Positions 52,146 through 64,000 of a stretch of DNA of 64,000 nt are shown in pieces (within the stretch, counting starts at the first letter, position 1; every line of letters begins with the position of its first letter). A program made the translations under genes and the position numbers. Origin of the DNA: Symsagittifera roscoffensis (lineage: Eukaryota); contig NC_087064.1 in assembly GCF_963678635.1 (NCBI RefSeq), positions 45,921,437 to 45,985,436 of the forward strand. Direction: 5' to 3'. A model generated the notes under the pieces. It did no database searches. It was not told where the DNA came from and saw only the letters and a program-made list of their open reading frames with translations.

Positions 52146-54038
52146 GTTTCTGCGATTCGCAGAGGCTCTATGATAGGCTTTGCAGCCTGTGTAAGCGTAG
52201 TCCGTTTCTCTTATTTCCTCACATTCCAGACTGAGTTATTTCGTTGAGCGGAGTCCTTTTTTTTGCGATTGTGGATTATGGGTCAATTTTTGCGTCTAGA
52301 ATTTACATGTGGTAGCACTATTACAGCCGGAATTGGTCAAGCTGTGGTAGACCTGCAGCTAGAGGTCAAGTGAGAGCTCGTCCTCTTCATCTATCATTGC
52401 CATGGCAGTGAATCAATTACACGAATTGAACGCCTAGCCACTATACTAAGTCGAACTGGTAAGGCGTTCAATTTGCATAGGAATGAAAACCTGATTGTTC
52501 GAACTGATCTTTAGCGTCGATGAAAAAGTTTTTCTTAGAAAAAACTGTGGGAAACATGAAAAAATTTCAAAATGTTTGTTTTTTCAGTACCATCTCTTAA
52601 TTTATCCTTCTACACGCTATGTTAAGTACAGAGTGATACAAGTTGGTATGGTAATTGATTAATAAAAGCAATTTAGTGATTTCAATCCAACTTGAAATGA
52701 TTTGATTTGCTGGTGACACATTGGAAAGGGCAAAATATATTGCGCGTTTATTATCTCACGTTGACATATTATGATCAAAGTAGCCCCAAATTCAATCCCC
52801 AATAACCTTAGAACCAAAATTTGCTAGAAAAATTTAACACAAATCGAAACAGATCAGCTAAAAAACCTGGAATTAAAATTTGTCTGGAGAACAAAAAATC
52901 CCGAGCACAAATATTCTGTCACTTTGTTGAAAAATCGGAACGAATAGCTTGCGTCAAGACATTTCACAATAATTTCTGCGCCATATTTAATAGCCGGTTT
53001 ACGTGTGAACACGACGAAGTGCAGCGCGTGTTTATGGTCCCAAATATGCAAATCAGCATTAAATTTTTAAAACAAAAATTTCTGAAATATAAATTTTTGA
53101 AAAACACCCTTCACATTCTATAAAAAGTACAAAAGTACAAAGTGATATATTTCGCATATAGCAAAGTACTAAATAGACTAAATAGAAAGCTTCAACTCAA
53201 TTTCGAACGATTTCTAAGACGGATTAAATCTCCGCTTTATTAGCAAGAAATAGATCGCACGTTAAATGTCTCAAATGGTCAAACTTTGAACCCCCATAAC
53301 TTTGCAAAAAATGATCAGAAGTCAAATATCTTTTTCAATTTCTCAAGACAACAATACATGTTGAATGATTTTTAAAGATTCCGTAAAAAAATTGCTGGAG
53401 AAAAAACCACCCTGAGCTCAAATATTCCGTCTCTTTCTTAAGTCAGAACAATTAGGATCAATCAAGATAAAAACGTCGTAGTCAAGTTCATTAATGACGT
53501 TTAAATCTTCATATACCAGTAAAATTCACGATTCAAGGAAACAAATTTTCAGAGCGTAAAGAAGTGATATGAACTTTCAACAAACAGAATTTTTTCGATA
53601 GAAATTTGATAGGCTAATTAATCGACCACGAAGTGGTAAGGAACTATGTGCTTTGTATGTTTTCTTCTCAATTCTGACGGCTAAAAAAAGTTTGAAGGGA
53701 GTCCAGGGTTGCATCATATTCAATCCCTATAATCGTAATTCGGATACCAAAAAACGAGAGATTGAACTAGACAATTTTATAAGTCTGCAATTTTTTCATT
53801 AATCTAGTAATTATTACCTCTCATTTGGCAGCGTTTTACGTAACTCAATCGCATTTAGGTAAAAAATAAACGACAAATATTTCAGCAAAAGAAAAACAAT
53901 GTTCTGTATCTTATTTGCTTTACTCCAATGGCTGAGGTCCGCATATTCTGTACTATTTCTACAATATTAGTCAGATCAAACACTTCAACATTTAAAATAA
54001 AAATTCAACAAAACTAGTTGGGTAAGATTTGGACTAAC

Positions 54039-54320
54039 AAAATACTTGACGTATTGTATAGCCGAGTTGTGGCCTGTCAATGTGTATGCAGCACAATTAG
54101 CATCAATCACTGCTCTTTCTTCTTTCCCTTTCTTGTCGCCCTCTTTCATCACCAGGTGGTTTATCCTCTTCCAAACTCTGATTGAGTTGTCTGCCGAGCC
54201 AGTGACGACTACTTCTTCACTGGCATCCAGACACGTGACCCAGTCTTCATGAGCATTTTGGATCACTTGCACTGGTCCTTTGCCGTTTTTGATTTTCTTC
54301 ATGTCCCAAAGAGCCACTTT
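54039..54320 (-). CDS. WD40-repeat protein gene, exon E4
   Basis: Acceptor aaatgattgcag|AAAGTGGCT in phase 0. Donor TATTTT|GTTAGT. The translation is KVALWDMKK...VVVTGSADNSIRVWK...LTGHNSAIQYVKYF (WD GH and WD-type motifs). Confidence 0.6.
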
Positions 54321-55494
54321 CTGCAATCATTTAGCACATTTATTATTAAGTCAGTTAAGGTATAAAGGATATCCAAGCATTAAGGTACTTTATTAACCTA
54401 AATTGCAAAAGTATATCGAAATTTAGATGCCCGGCAGCTGATATCAAACTCAATGCCGACATACGTCTTTGCGGTTAATGAAACGTTTTTATTACGGTTT
54501 TTTTTTCATAAAAATTTAGGTGATAAAAATAGGTGATCATTTCTTAATCACTGATTTGAAAATCGATGGGTCTTTTATGCTTATTCGATGTTTGACGCAG
54601 AGGCGAGACAGCTTCGCAACACTTGCGATACAAGGCAAGTTGTCGACAGAAAATGAATGAACACAGAGGCGAAGCTGCGCTTCGCAAACACTTGCGACAA
54701 CACGACCAAAAAGCAGCTCTATCTATAAAAAGTAGAAATAAGCGTCGAATTACCAAAAACTCGGATACGTGTCGGATTCAAATCTGCGATCTACTGCAAT
54801 CAAATGATTTTGAGTCTCACGCACTATCCACTCAGCTACGCAAGCTTAACAACCAAGAAACAGTAGTCACGAATAAAGCCGCTACATATGCTAATAAATT
54901 GCCAATGCCATTTAGCAAAAATGGCACCAAATACAAATAGACACAATGCTGCAAATAATAATTTGGAATATAAAAAACTGAAGGCAACCACACTAAATTT
55001 GCATCACAACAATCACGACCACAACAAATCGCAAAGCACAAAGCCACATTATGTATAAATTACGCATTTCAAAAAATTGCTTGATACATTAAGTTAGAAA
55101 AATTCTGAAATCGAGTTTTCATTATTGTTATGTTGTTTGAAACAAATCACCTTTACGGTTCATTTGATGAATTAAAAATGCATCAACTGTGTTAACTTAT
55201 CATCATTCGAATGTCAAAGCAGATGCTATGAAAAAGCTGTCAAGGCGTCACCAAAAGTGGCACCAATATTTCTGACTTAGGCTGGAAAAAAAAAGAAAGT
55301 TCGCACTAATACACATGGGTTCGCAAGTTTAAAAAACGTTCAAAACAGCAACATAGCCAACAGACAGTCGGAAAAAAAGCCAATAACGCAAAAAAGAGAA
55401 AACAATTTTCGAACTTCCAGGAAAACAGATTGATTAAATTAACACAATGAGAAAACAGGATCAATAGCTAAAATTTTTAATTCGCTTGGAAACC

Positions 55495-55640
55495 TGAAAA
55501 TTAAATTCCATTTTCGAAAATTCTGCTGTTCGATAAAGTACTGCTGTTGGATAAACGACACTTTTGCTGTTCGATAACGGAGTTGGTCTTCCTTTTAACA
55601 AAGGAAATGAGCTGAATTAAAAAAAAATCAAAAGCCAAAC
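55495..55640 (+). mobile_element. SINE-like short interspersed element, copy C (head region), within a WD-gene intron
   Basis: See copy A. Confidence 0.5.
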
Positions 55641-55858
55641 TGCGAAAAAAAATCATCCCGAAAAAAATCTCACCGCCTATACATGAGTCTTGAAGAAGTT
55701 AATTTTGAGATAAACATTACCAGGAAAACAATTTCCAGTATCCACAGTTGAATTAATATCGAAACAAAATTGCGCAAGGGTAACTATGCCGATAACATTA
55801 GTTTAATATTTAAGGTTCAATACAGAGGCGAAGCTGCGCTTCGCAAACACAAGCGAGG

Positions 55859-57105
55859 AAAATGTAAAAAAGCTTTGAACGGGAAAATCAAAGTGAAATA
55901 AGACAGATTCAAAATACACCTTGAAAAAAAATTGTTGAGAGTAGAAGTTTTATTTTCTCACATCTGCTCTACGACCGTTTGTTATTTTTCTAACATTAGC
56001 AACTAATAAAGCAGCTACAGTTTTTATCAAATGCAAATTGCCAATGTTATGCAGCAAAAATTCGACCAAAAAAATACTTAAATGTTCTGGATTTGAATAT
56101 CAGACCTGTTGATTAGGAGTCTCACGTCCTCGCATCTGCCCTACGGTCGCTCGGAAGTAAACTAGTGGCCAAACTAATTTTGGATCTACCAGCTCTAATA
56201 ATTCAATCACATATTTTACGGACACGGAAATGCATAATTTTCAAAATAAGGGACTTTATGTTAACCCTAGAGTTTCTCTGCTTATCTATGGGATGAAAGG
56301 CAAATTTAAAAGAAAAAAATACTATTCGCTTTTCCAATTGAAGTCTATCTCAGGTTAAGCTGGGTAGTTTTTGAAAAAGTGAAAAAGGTTCCATAAATCG
56401 ATCGAAAATTCAAAAATCGAACTTTTCCTAAATCCAAAAAAAAATCGCTAAATAAGCATGGAACTAGCTTCTGATTTCTACACCCGGGTTTTCAGATAGA
56501 AGATTTCGACACCCTGATTTTTTAGATGGAACCCTTAATATCAGATTTAGCTAGAAGTTTTCGATAATAGTGACAAATTTTCTAAAAGGGTAAAAACTTA
56601 AAAACGAATTTTTCCGAAGTCCATATCAGCTTTTCTACAGAAGAGTAACAGGGTAAAACAGATAACGCAGGGAAAGTCTAAGCACCATGTCAGTTTTATT
56701 GATCTATTAACATCAGAATCAGCAAATTCGTTTTTCGAAAAAAGAAAAGCTTTCCAAAAAACGGGCATACTGTTTTTCAAAATGCAGGGCATAGCCGTTT
56801 GCACAGATAAGATCGGATTAACTGATTTTTTTTGGTTAAACACAAACACTCAAAAAAGTTTCAAAAATAAACCAATATGTCAAAAATGGGCTTGTTTGAG
56901 GCATGCCGAATTTAGGGATTAGCCTCTTGAGAGATCCCTCTATATTGTTCTTTTGATTGACACCTACATCTCAAGTTTGTGCGTTCAATATTTGCGTTCA
57001 AAAATGAAAAGAAAAAAATCAAAAAATAGGCCAAAATCTCCCTATTGAAACTTTCGAAGGCTGCAGTGAGTAAGGTAACATAAAAGAAGACTAGCGAAAT
57101 ATACA
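55859..57105 (+). repeat. 1.2-kb dispersed repeat, copy 1, in the E3-E4 intron. Copy 2 is at 62,756-64,000.
   Basis: Near-identical sequence over >1.2 kb from ...tgtaaaaaagctttgaacgggaaaatcaaag to ...ctgcagtgagtaaggtaacataaaagaagactagcgaaatat. Confidence 0.85.
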
Positions 57106-58025
57106 GGCACAAAGAAAAGCAGCCGGCTTTTCCATTGTTACCAATTTTTTGAAAATCGGTACAGTAGTTTGAGAAAAATTGAAACTTCTGCAAAAAGTGC
57201 AAAAATTTTCCAAAGTGTTGCAAAAAACAACGAAAAACAACATATCCCATTTATGTTCATTATACATGTTTTTTTTTCAAATCGAAACTAACACTAGCCA
57301 AAAAAAGCAGCAACATATGCCATTAAATTGGTTATGCTTAAATATGATTAAATTCAAATATACCAAAAAAGCCACCAAGTGAGTACTTTTATTAGCGACT
57401 TAGGTGATAAACAATTCTTCGTAATCATACACTACGCTTCGCTTATGTTAAAGCTATGAAACGTTTGAAAACTCCAAGTTTTTAGGTCTCCTCAACACAG
57501 AGACGCCAACAAACTTTTTCGCCCGTTAAATAAGGCAATCAGAGGCAGCTAAGCCAATATAGTATAATCGGAAACCTTTCAAGTCATTGAGTAAATCAAA
57601 ACAATGAAATCGGTCAAAGCAATTTTACAGGCAATGAAAAAAGAACATAGTACCAGTAAATAACAGTAATAACAACTATTAGCTAATTTTGAATTTTCCA
57701 GAAATTGTGCATATCAGCACAAATAATACAGTGATTCTGTTTCACAAAATTTTTTTTCGAAAGAAGTCAATATTCCAACTTTATCACGCTTGCTACTCGC
57801 AAGCGTAGACAACTTAAAATTAAATTTTCAACTATTTACAGAGTACCGTTGTTGTTTTCTGGTTAAAACTTAAGACTTTTCCCGGATTTTTTAACTTCAG
57901 GCGGTGGGCATCAAGCCACTTCAAGAAACCCGGCGTTTCTTTTCTCGGCTGATTTTACCTAGTGTACTATTATCAATTTCAGGCGGTTTGCCGGCTCCTC
58001 CGAGCTGCTTGAAATTTGCACTTAC

Positions 58026-58158
58026 CCTGTCTTTAGCTGCTGAGAAGAGAGTACGGTCCACAAATGCTAAATGGGTGAGGGGTCCCTCATGGGCGCTCTG
58101 CACAGTGAACAGTCTCTCGAGGTGTACAGGTGCAAAATGATCACTCGCATCGCGACTT
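58026..58158 (-). CDS. WD40-repeat protein gene, exon E3
   Basis: Acceptor tttttgtgcag|AAGTCGC with a 1-nt phase start. Donor GACAGG|GTAAGT. TC from E2 plus A forms TCA, so the frame is kept. The translation is SRDASDHFAPVHLERLFTVQSAHEGPLTHLAFVDRTLFSAAKDR. Confidence 0.6.
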
Positions 58159-58318
58159 CTGCACAAAAACTAACTATTAATCGTCCATAATCCTTCCATA
58201 GATTATCGTTATAGCGTCAAATTTAAAGGAGTTTAATGACCGATAAAGAGTCTATAAAAAATCGATGCTCGACAAACAATCCTAGTCCAGCGAACCCTAA
58301 GAAGAACTGCACGCTTAC

Positions 58319-58714
58319 GAAATTTGGCTAGACTCCACTTTGAACAAGTCCACATTTCCATACTCGGATCCCACACTCACAACCCAGAAAATTTTCTCTT
58401 TAACTGGTACTATTCCAACACCCAGACAAGTTTGCTTCTCAGAGGAGTAGAAATCATACTGGACACCACTGAAGGAGCTTTTTTTCTTCGTTTTCTCTGT
58501 AGCCACGCCTATCTTCTCAACAGTGAACTTAACATCTGAGTTGAAATGCCACGTAGAAATAGGCCGTGAAGCGGTTTTAGGATAACAGTATGCAATGAAG
58601 AGACGTCTTTCGCTTACGACTAAAAGCGAGTTATCAATCCACTCTATAAATTGAAGAATGGCTTTGAAATCCTGTGGGAATCGGGTAGACTTGAGTATCT
58701 TGTAAGTTGAGCCA
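58319..58714 (-). CDS. WD40-repeat protein gene, exon E2 (396 nt)
   Basis: Acceptor tttgtgtttttag|TGGCTCAAC. Donor ATTTC|GTAAGC. The frame is open for 131 codons: GSTYKILKSTRFPQDFKAILQFIEWIDNSLLVVSERRLFIAYCYPKTASRPISTWHFNSDVKFTVEKIG...GVGIVPVKEKIFWVVSVGSEYGNVDLFKVESSQIS. The ORF track shows only the part after an internal GTG. Confidence 0.55.
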
Positions 58715-58950
58715 CTAAAAACACAAATGTAAGTTTAAGTCAAGTATTTTGGATGTCAACCGTAAGTCTAGTCAACTATGCAACCTTTATTATAGTTAAA
58801 CCTTTTACAGGCTATTTATGAAATTGCGAAGCGTTTAATTTATAACAGCTGATTGCAAAATCCTGTTTGCTGAGACTTAAAAAATGTCAGATCAAAACAC
58901 AGAAAATGAACATTTGAAAAGCAGGGAAAATTTCTCTTGCAAAGTTTGTA

Positions 58951-59201
58951 CCATGCAACTGAAATGTTCCCGTCAGCTAGAAGCACAGCAAATAGCGTCT
59001 GGTTTTTACAAAATGCAACACTCTTCACGGAGACATCCTGAGTGTCCTCTCGTCTACTACTCTTCGAAACAATCGCATTAGACGGATTGTCTTCAGTCAG
59101 AGTTTGTTGTCTCACGTCTAGAGCTGTGATCTCTTTGCCCAGGTCACTTCTCCATACCCTTAATTGACCGTCACTGCCAGTTCCCACCAACATTTGGCCG
59201 C
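58951..59201 (-). CDS. WD40-repeat protein gene, exon E1, the most 5' exon I could find. It starts with an acceptor, so at least one further upstream exon exists.
   Basis: Acceptor ctatttcag|GCGGCCAA. Candidate donor GCATG|GTACAA, weak but phase-compatible with E2. The translation is GGQMLVGTGSDGQLRVWRSDLGKEITALDV... (a WD motif). Confidence 0.4.
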
Positions 59202-61844
59202 CTGAAATAGATTAAAAAATTAACAATCTGGGCAAAAACTACGAGGCAACAAATTGTAGAAAAATCATGAATTTAACTATGCATCGTGATGATAAAACAA
59301 AAATTCAGCAGCGGCACCAGGCTTGACATAAATATGCGGCGCATAACCCCGCATAATTAGCCTTCAATTCGAAATCGAAGAATACCGCAGAAATTTTGCA
59401 TAATTGAAGGATTTCGAGCAAACTTTTCGAATTTTTCCGAAAATTTTATAGAGATGGCATTGAATTTTTTGACGCTTCAAAAATTCGACGCTTAAAAAGC
59501 TCAAGTACCCAAAAAAAATCAAAATTAAATTAAAGGAAAATTTTTGGGTTTAATTCTGTTGGGAGGGTGGTCAAAATACTTATTTGGCAAAAATCTGAAT
59601 TTTTTGGCTAAAATTTTCATACTTTTTTCCCGTGGAATTTTATATTTGTAGAAATGCCCACATAATTAATAAAAACTACCCGCAGTCCGAACTGCATAAT
59701 TTAACTACTTATGCCCGCTGATTTTTGCCAAGCCTGTTGGCAGCATTATTCTTGATTGTTTACTTCATATCGCGTGTTTTTCAGCCGTATGGATAACGGA
59801 GCTGTAATTGTTTCGAATTCTTGTAATGATACAATAATATGGGCAGTATCTTATAAATACCAGTTTCTTTTGAATAAGCAGAGGATCAAATTTCTATCAT
59901 ATCAACATCTTCCTAGAATTAAATCGAAAATTATGTCTGATCCGAGCATAGAAAAGAATTCAAACTGATTTTGCAAGAATTAATTGGAAAGACTAAGATC
60001 TTGCTCAAAAAGATTATCATGTCCGATTTAAGCAGATCAGGCAAGACAGAGGAATCTGTTCGACTAGATAACATCGATTAAAATCACGCTTAGTCCTGAT
60101 TGACACCTGAATAAAATCTAGATTGCTAAACTTAGCAAATTCGAATTAAGAAATAAGCATCAGATTTTTCCGTTGCATCAGATCCTGCAGCAATTCTTAG
60201 CATTCACTTAATTCAACGCAGATTTTAATTAGTGGGAAGGGATGGAGGAGGATGTTGGACACTCTCAACGCCCACAGGGACTCTTGCAACACTCATTTTG
60301 GCCAAACCCTGTTTTGGCCGAATTTTCAGCAGCGCAGGCAAAATTTTGAAAAACAGGTTTAAAAAAGCCGTTTCACCCCCTAAATTGGCCTCTGCTTTAT
60401 AGAGTGTCCAGAGAGCTCCAAAATTATGTTTAGTCGACTCAAAAAATAGTAGATGAAATAATCAATCTCTGAAATTAAATTTTGATGTAATGGCGAGAAA
60501 AGGTAAGACTTGACGAATCAAGTTTTAATAACAAAACTAACAGAAATTTTCATTGGCAAATTCGGATCTAATTCAAATTCAAAAAAGCAAAAAGAAGCAA
60601 GATCTTTGCAAGAAGCACAGAAAATTCCAAATACAACACAGTAGAAAGTACCTGAGCAGAAACCATTTCAAAAAATACAAAGTTTTGAAGCCCCCTTCTT
60701 GTCAAAACACACGCGCAAACGAACACTTTCTTTGCTGATGAAACGACGCAATATAACACTATTTAGCCGATAAATATAGGCCAAAATCATTTGAGCAGAA
60801 TAAAACATGTGAGCGAAAAAAAAGAATATACGAAGTCAACGTCAGTCAGTAAATTACAAACCGCAGAAAAAATCAAAACACTAAAAGCAAATAAAATAAA
60901 AATAACGTAGAGCAAAACAAATTCTGCGATGTCGCAACTATGCTGACAAAACATAAGCAGACAAATCATAAGCCGCCATTTTTTTTTAAACGAATTAATT
61001 CCAGTTTAAAAAAAAGCAGTCAGGTTCGAACCCAGAGTTTCTGCCGTCGCAGATTATTCCTTGCCTCCAAACCAATTGTGCCGGAGAAGGAAAAAAACTG
61101 AATTCATGAACTGAACATGAAATTACCATTTCCAATTTTTCCCTTTCTGTGAAATAAGTTATTTAGAGGAAAAAAGTCTCGTACCCAGTTGCAGCACACT
61201 TGCAAAAGCAACAACCAAGTAAAACAAAAAAGGCCGTTTTTCTATGAGAATTTTTGCTCAACTTCGAGTCATGATTGAACCTTTTTATGTCGATCCCACC
61301 CAACTTTTAATCTCAAAAATAGTCAACAGACTTTTAAAAAAGTGTCAATGAACGCAAAACGAGAATGAAAAAAGGCCAATGTACTATCAAAAAATAACTC
61401 TAAAAGAGCTTAAAAAACACAAAAATTCGCAATAACAGAAGAGCCATAGATACCGAACAAATGATTGAACTTTTTCCAAATAAGGAATTTCGGAGAAGAT
61501 ATAGTATATTTAATCTCCGAAACTTTTTTCGTCAGAATTTATCAAGAAACATTTACAAAAACTAGGCCAAAAAATAACTTTTTTATTTCGCTGGGAATTA
61601 TTACAAATGGATTTTGTTTTTGAAATTAGGCCAGTCATAATTTTGGCGCGAATTGCACTTTTGCTACTGGAGAGCGTAATTTGTCTTTTTTAACAACTGA
61701 GTTAGAATTGTTTGGACAAAAAATTAAGAAATGTATGGCTTTTAACATTTTTTAATTTTAAGAACTAACTAAGATTGACTCTTTTTTTTGATAAAAAAGT
61801 CATTAAGAACAATGGATCAAAGTAATTTTATTATTCGGCTGAGA

Positions 61845-62115
61845 AATCTGAATACTTCAACCCAATTTCGGAAATAGAATTCGATCACGTTTTTTGCACG
61901 TTCTATTCGATAGTGGAGTTTGTTTTTCTGTTAACAAAGGAAATAAAGTGAGCTGAAAAAGAAATCAAGTCAAACCTTGAAAAATCAAGTTAAGCGTGAG
62001 CACTTTTCAAGAATTTTCCTGAAAAAATCTTCAAGACCTATTTCAGAGTCTTCACTACGTTCATCGACTCTCGAAAAATTTTTATCGAGAACCTGAACGG
62101 AAAAATTCGACTCCG
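61845..62115 (+). mobile_element. SINE-like short interspersed element, copy D (full length)
   Basis: See copies A and B. Confidence 0.55.
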
Positions 62116-62755
62116 ATGACGAGAACACTTTTAACATAAATCCACAAGTTGGATCAATTTAGGATGCAAGACAAAATACAGCCAGAAGAAATTCGGAAAA
62201 TATTCGATGGATGCAAAAGGATAATGAAAAAAAAGAAGATGTACTATCGAAAAAAAAATTAAAACTGGAGCTTTGAAAAGAACACAAAATTGCCACACAC
62301 ATAATAAAACCATAGAAACCGAAAAAAATTGAACATCTCTGAGAATAATTGAGAATAATTTTCCTTTTTTAGCAATTAAAATTTAATTGAACATTAAACA
62401 TAAAAATTAACCTAGAAAAATTGAACTTAACCCTTAACAACTTCTACCATACCAAAAACTCTTTCGTATAAAAAAACATAATCACTTCACTTCGTTCACT
62501 TACACTAGAACAGAAACTTTAACAAGTTTTAGATTAATTCAAAAAAGAAGAGGCGTAATTACGGGCACAATTACTTAAAATATTATATTCATTCACCATG
62601 AGAAACATAGCCAACATACAGCTGAAAAATATTCGATAAAAACAAGCAAACAATTTTTTTTAAATAACTCAACTTTCGAATTTCAAAGTAGAAAAAACAT
62701 GACCTTAAAGCTCTTTAAATTTCAAGAACATTTTATATTTGACACTTTTCTGATA

Positions 62756-64000
62756 AAATGTAAAAAAGCTTTGAACGGGAAAATCAAAGTGAAATAAGAC
62801 AGATTCAAAATACACCTTGAAAAAAAATTGTTGAGAGTAGAAGTTTTATTTTCTCACATCTGCTCTACGACCGTTTGTTATTTTTCTAACATTAGCAACT
62901 AATAAAGCAGCTACAGTTTTTATCAAATGCAAATTGCCAATGTTATGCAGCAAAAATTCGACCAAAAAAATACTTAAATGTTCTGGATTTGAATATCAGA
63001 CCTGTTGATTAGGAGTCTCACGTCCTCGCATCTGCCCTACGGTCGCTCGGAAGTAAACTAGTGGCCAAACTAATGTTGGATCTACCAGCTCTAATAATTC
63101 AATCACATATCTTACGGACACGGAAATGCATAATTTTCAAAATAAGGGACTTTATGTTAACCCTAGAGTTTCTCTGCTTATCTATGGGATGAAAGGCAAA
63201 TTTAAAAGAAAAAAATACTATTCGCTTTTCCAATTGAAGTCTATCTCAGGTTAAGCTGGGTAGTTTTTGAAAAAAGTGAAAAAGGTTCCATAAATCGATC
63301 GAAAATTCAAAAATCGGACTTTTCCTAAATCCAAAAAAAAATCGCTAAATAAGCATGGAACTAGCTTCTTATTTCTACACCCTGGTTTTCAGATAGAAGA
63401 TTTCGGCACCCTGATTTTTTAGATGGAACCCTTAATATCAGATTTAGCTAGAAGTTTTCGATAATAGTGACAAATTTTCTAAAAGGGTAAAAACTTAAAA
63501 ACGAATTTTTCCGAAGTCCATATCAGCTTTTCTACAGAAGAGTAACAGGGTAAAACAGATAACGCAGGGAAAGTCTAAGCACCATGTCAGTTTTATTGAT
63601 CTATTAACATCAGAATCAGCAAATTCGTTTTTCGAAAAAAGAAAAGCTTTCCAAAAAACGGGCATACTGTTTTTCAAATTGCAGGGCATAGCCGTTTGCA
63701 CAGATAAGATCGGATTAACTGATTTTTTTTTGGTTAAACACAACTACTCAAAAAAGTTTCAAAAATAAACCAACATGTCAAAAATGGGCTTGTTTGAGGC
63801 ATACCGAATTTAGGGATTAGCCTCTTGAGAGATCCCTCTACATTGTTCTTTTGATTGACACCTACATCTCAAGTTTGTGCGTTCAATATTTGCGTTCAAA
63901 AATGAAAAGAAAAAAATCAAAAAATAGGCCAAAATCTCCCTATTGAAACTTTCGAAGGCTGCAGTGAGTAAGGTAACATAAAAGAAGACTAGCGAAATAT
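62756..64000 (+). repeat. 1.2-kb dispersed repeat, copy 2. It runs off the window end.
   Basis: Matches 55,859-57,105 at an offset of 6,897. Confidence 0.85.

Larger units (their letters stand above)
45433..59201 (-). other. Gene span of the multi-exon WD40-repeat (beta-propeller) protein gene. The 5' end is not located. Orthologue identity is undetermined.
   Basis: It comprises at least nine exons whose splice phases chain consistently. It has GT...AG introns with strong GTAAGT, GTGAGT and GTAAGC donors. WD motifs recur across exons. Confidence 0.6.

Noticed and set aside
61020-61090. tRNA-like T-arm GGTTCGAACCC
   Set aside because: The upstream sequence is an A-run and no D-arm or anticodon arm or acceptor pairing can be formed. 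It is possibly a SINE-tail remnant, but not a tRNA gene.
1-64000. Prokaryotic-style features (operons, Shine-Dalgarno sites, CRISPR arrays, defence systems)
   Set aside because: The window has spliceosomal introns with GT-AG boundaries, eukaryotic retroelements (PLE, gypsy, hAT MITE) and microsatellites. Nothing suggests a bacterial or archaeal locus or a CRISPR array.

Overview
This window is eukaryotic: AT-rich metazoan-like DNA with spliceosomal introns and retroelements. It is not a prokaryotic locus, and I find no defence-island or operon-type system. There are two parts.

(1) Bases 1-43,180 are a mosaic of nested, very recent segmental and tandem duplications built almost entirely from degraded retroelements. 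A ~6.09-kb P unit is present three times (1-5,907 partial, 21,948-25,370 truncated, 28,038-33,555). It carries a plus-strand Penelope-like element (PLE-1) with a conserved N-terminal domain, reverse transcriptase, a zinc-finger linker and a GIY-YIG endonuclease. It also carries a second, diverged PLE (PLE-2) on the minus strand, interrupted by a ~250-bp (GTT)n microsatellite. An 8,011-bp unit (5,908-13,918 and 13,919-21,947) is duplicated in tandem at ~99.9% identity. It contains a Ty3/gypsy-like pol remnant (RT, RNase H, integrase), a 1.68-kb sub-repeat, and the 5' end of PLE-1. The 1.68-kb sub-repeat is separately amplified into a 2.2-copy tandem array at 37.6-41.3 kb.

(2) Bases 43,200-64,000 hold a multi-exon WD40-repeat protein gene on the minus strand. 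I resolved at least nine phase-consistent exons between 45,433 and 59,201. Its introns carry a hAT-like MITE with an 8-bp TSD, a 4-copy SINE-like family, a 3-copy ~300-bp repeat, and one of two copies of a 1.2-kb dispersed repeat. The second 1.2-kb copy lies upstream of the gene and runs off the window end.

Most long ORFs in the supplied track are artefacts of microsatellites, the GC-rich MITE, T-poor strand composition, or antisense reading of real exons.
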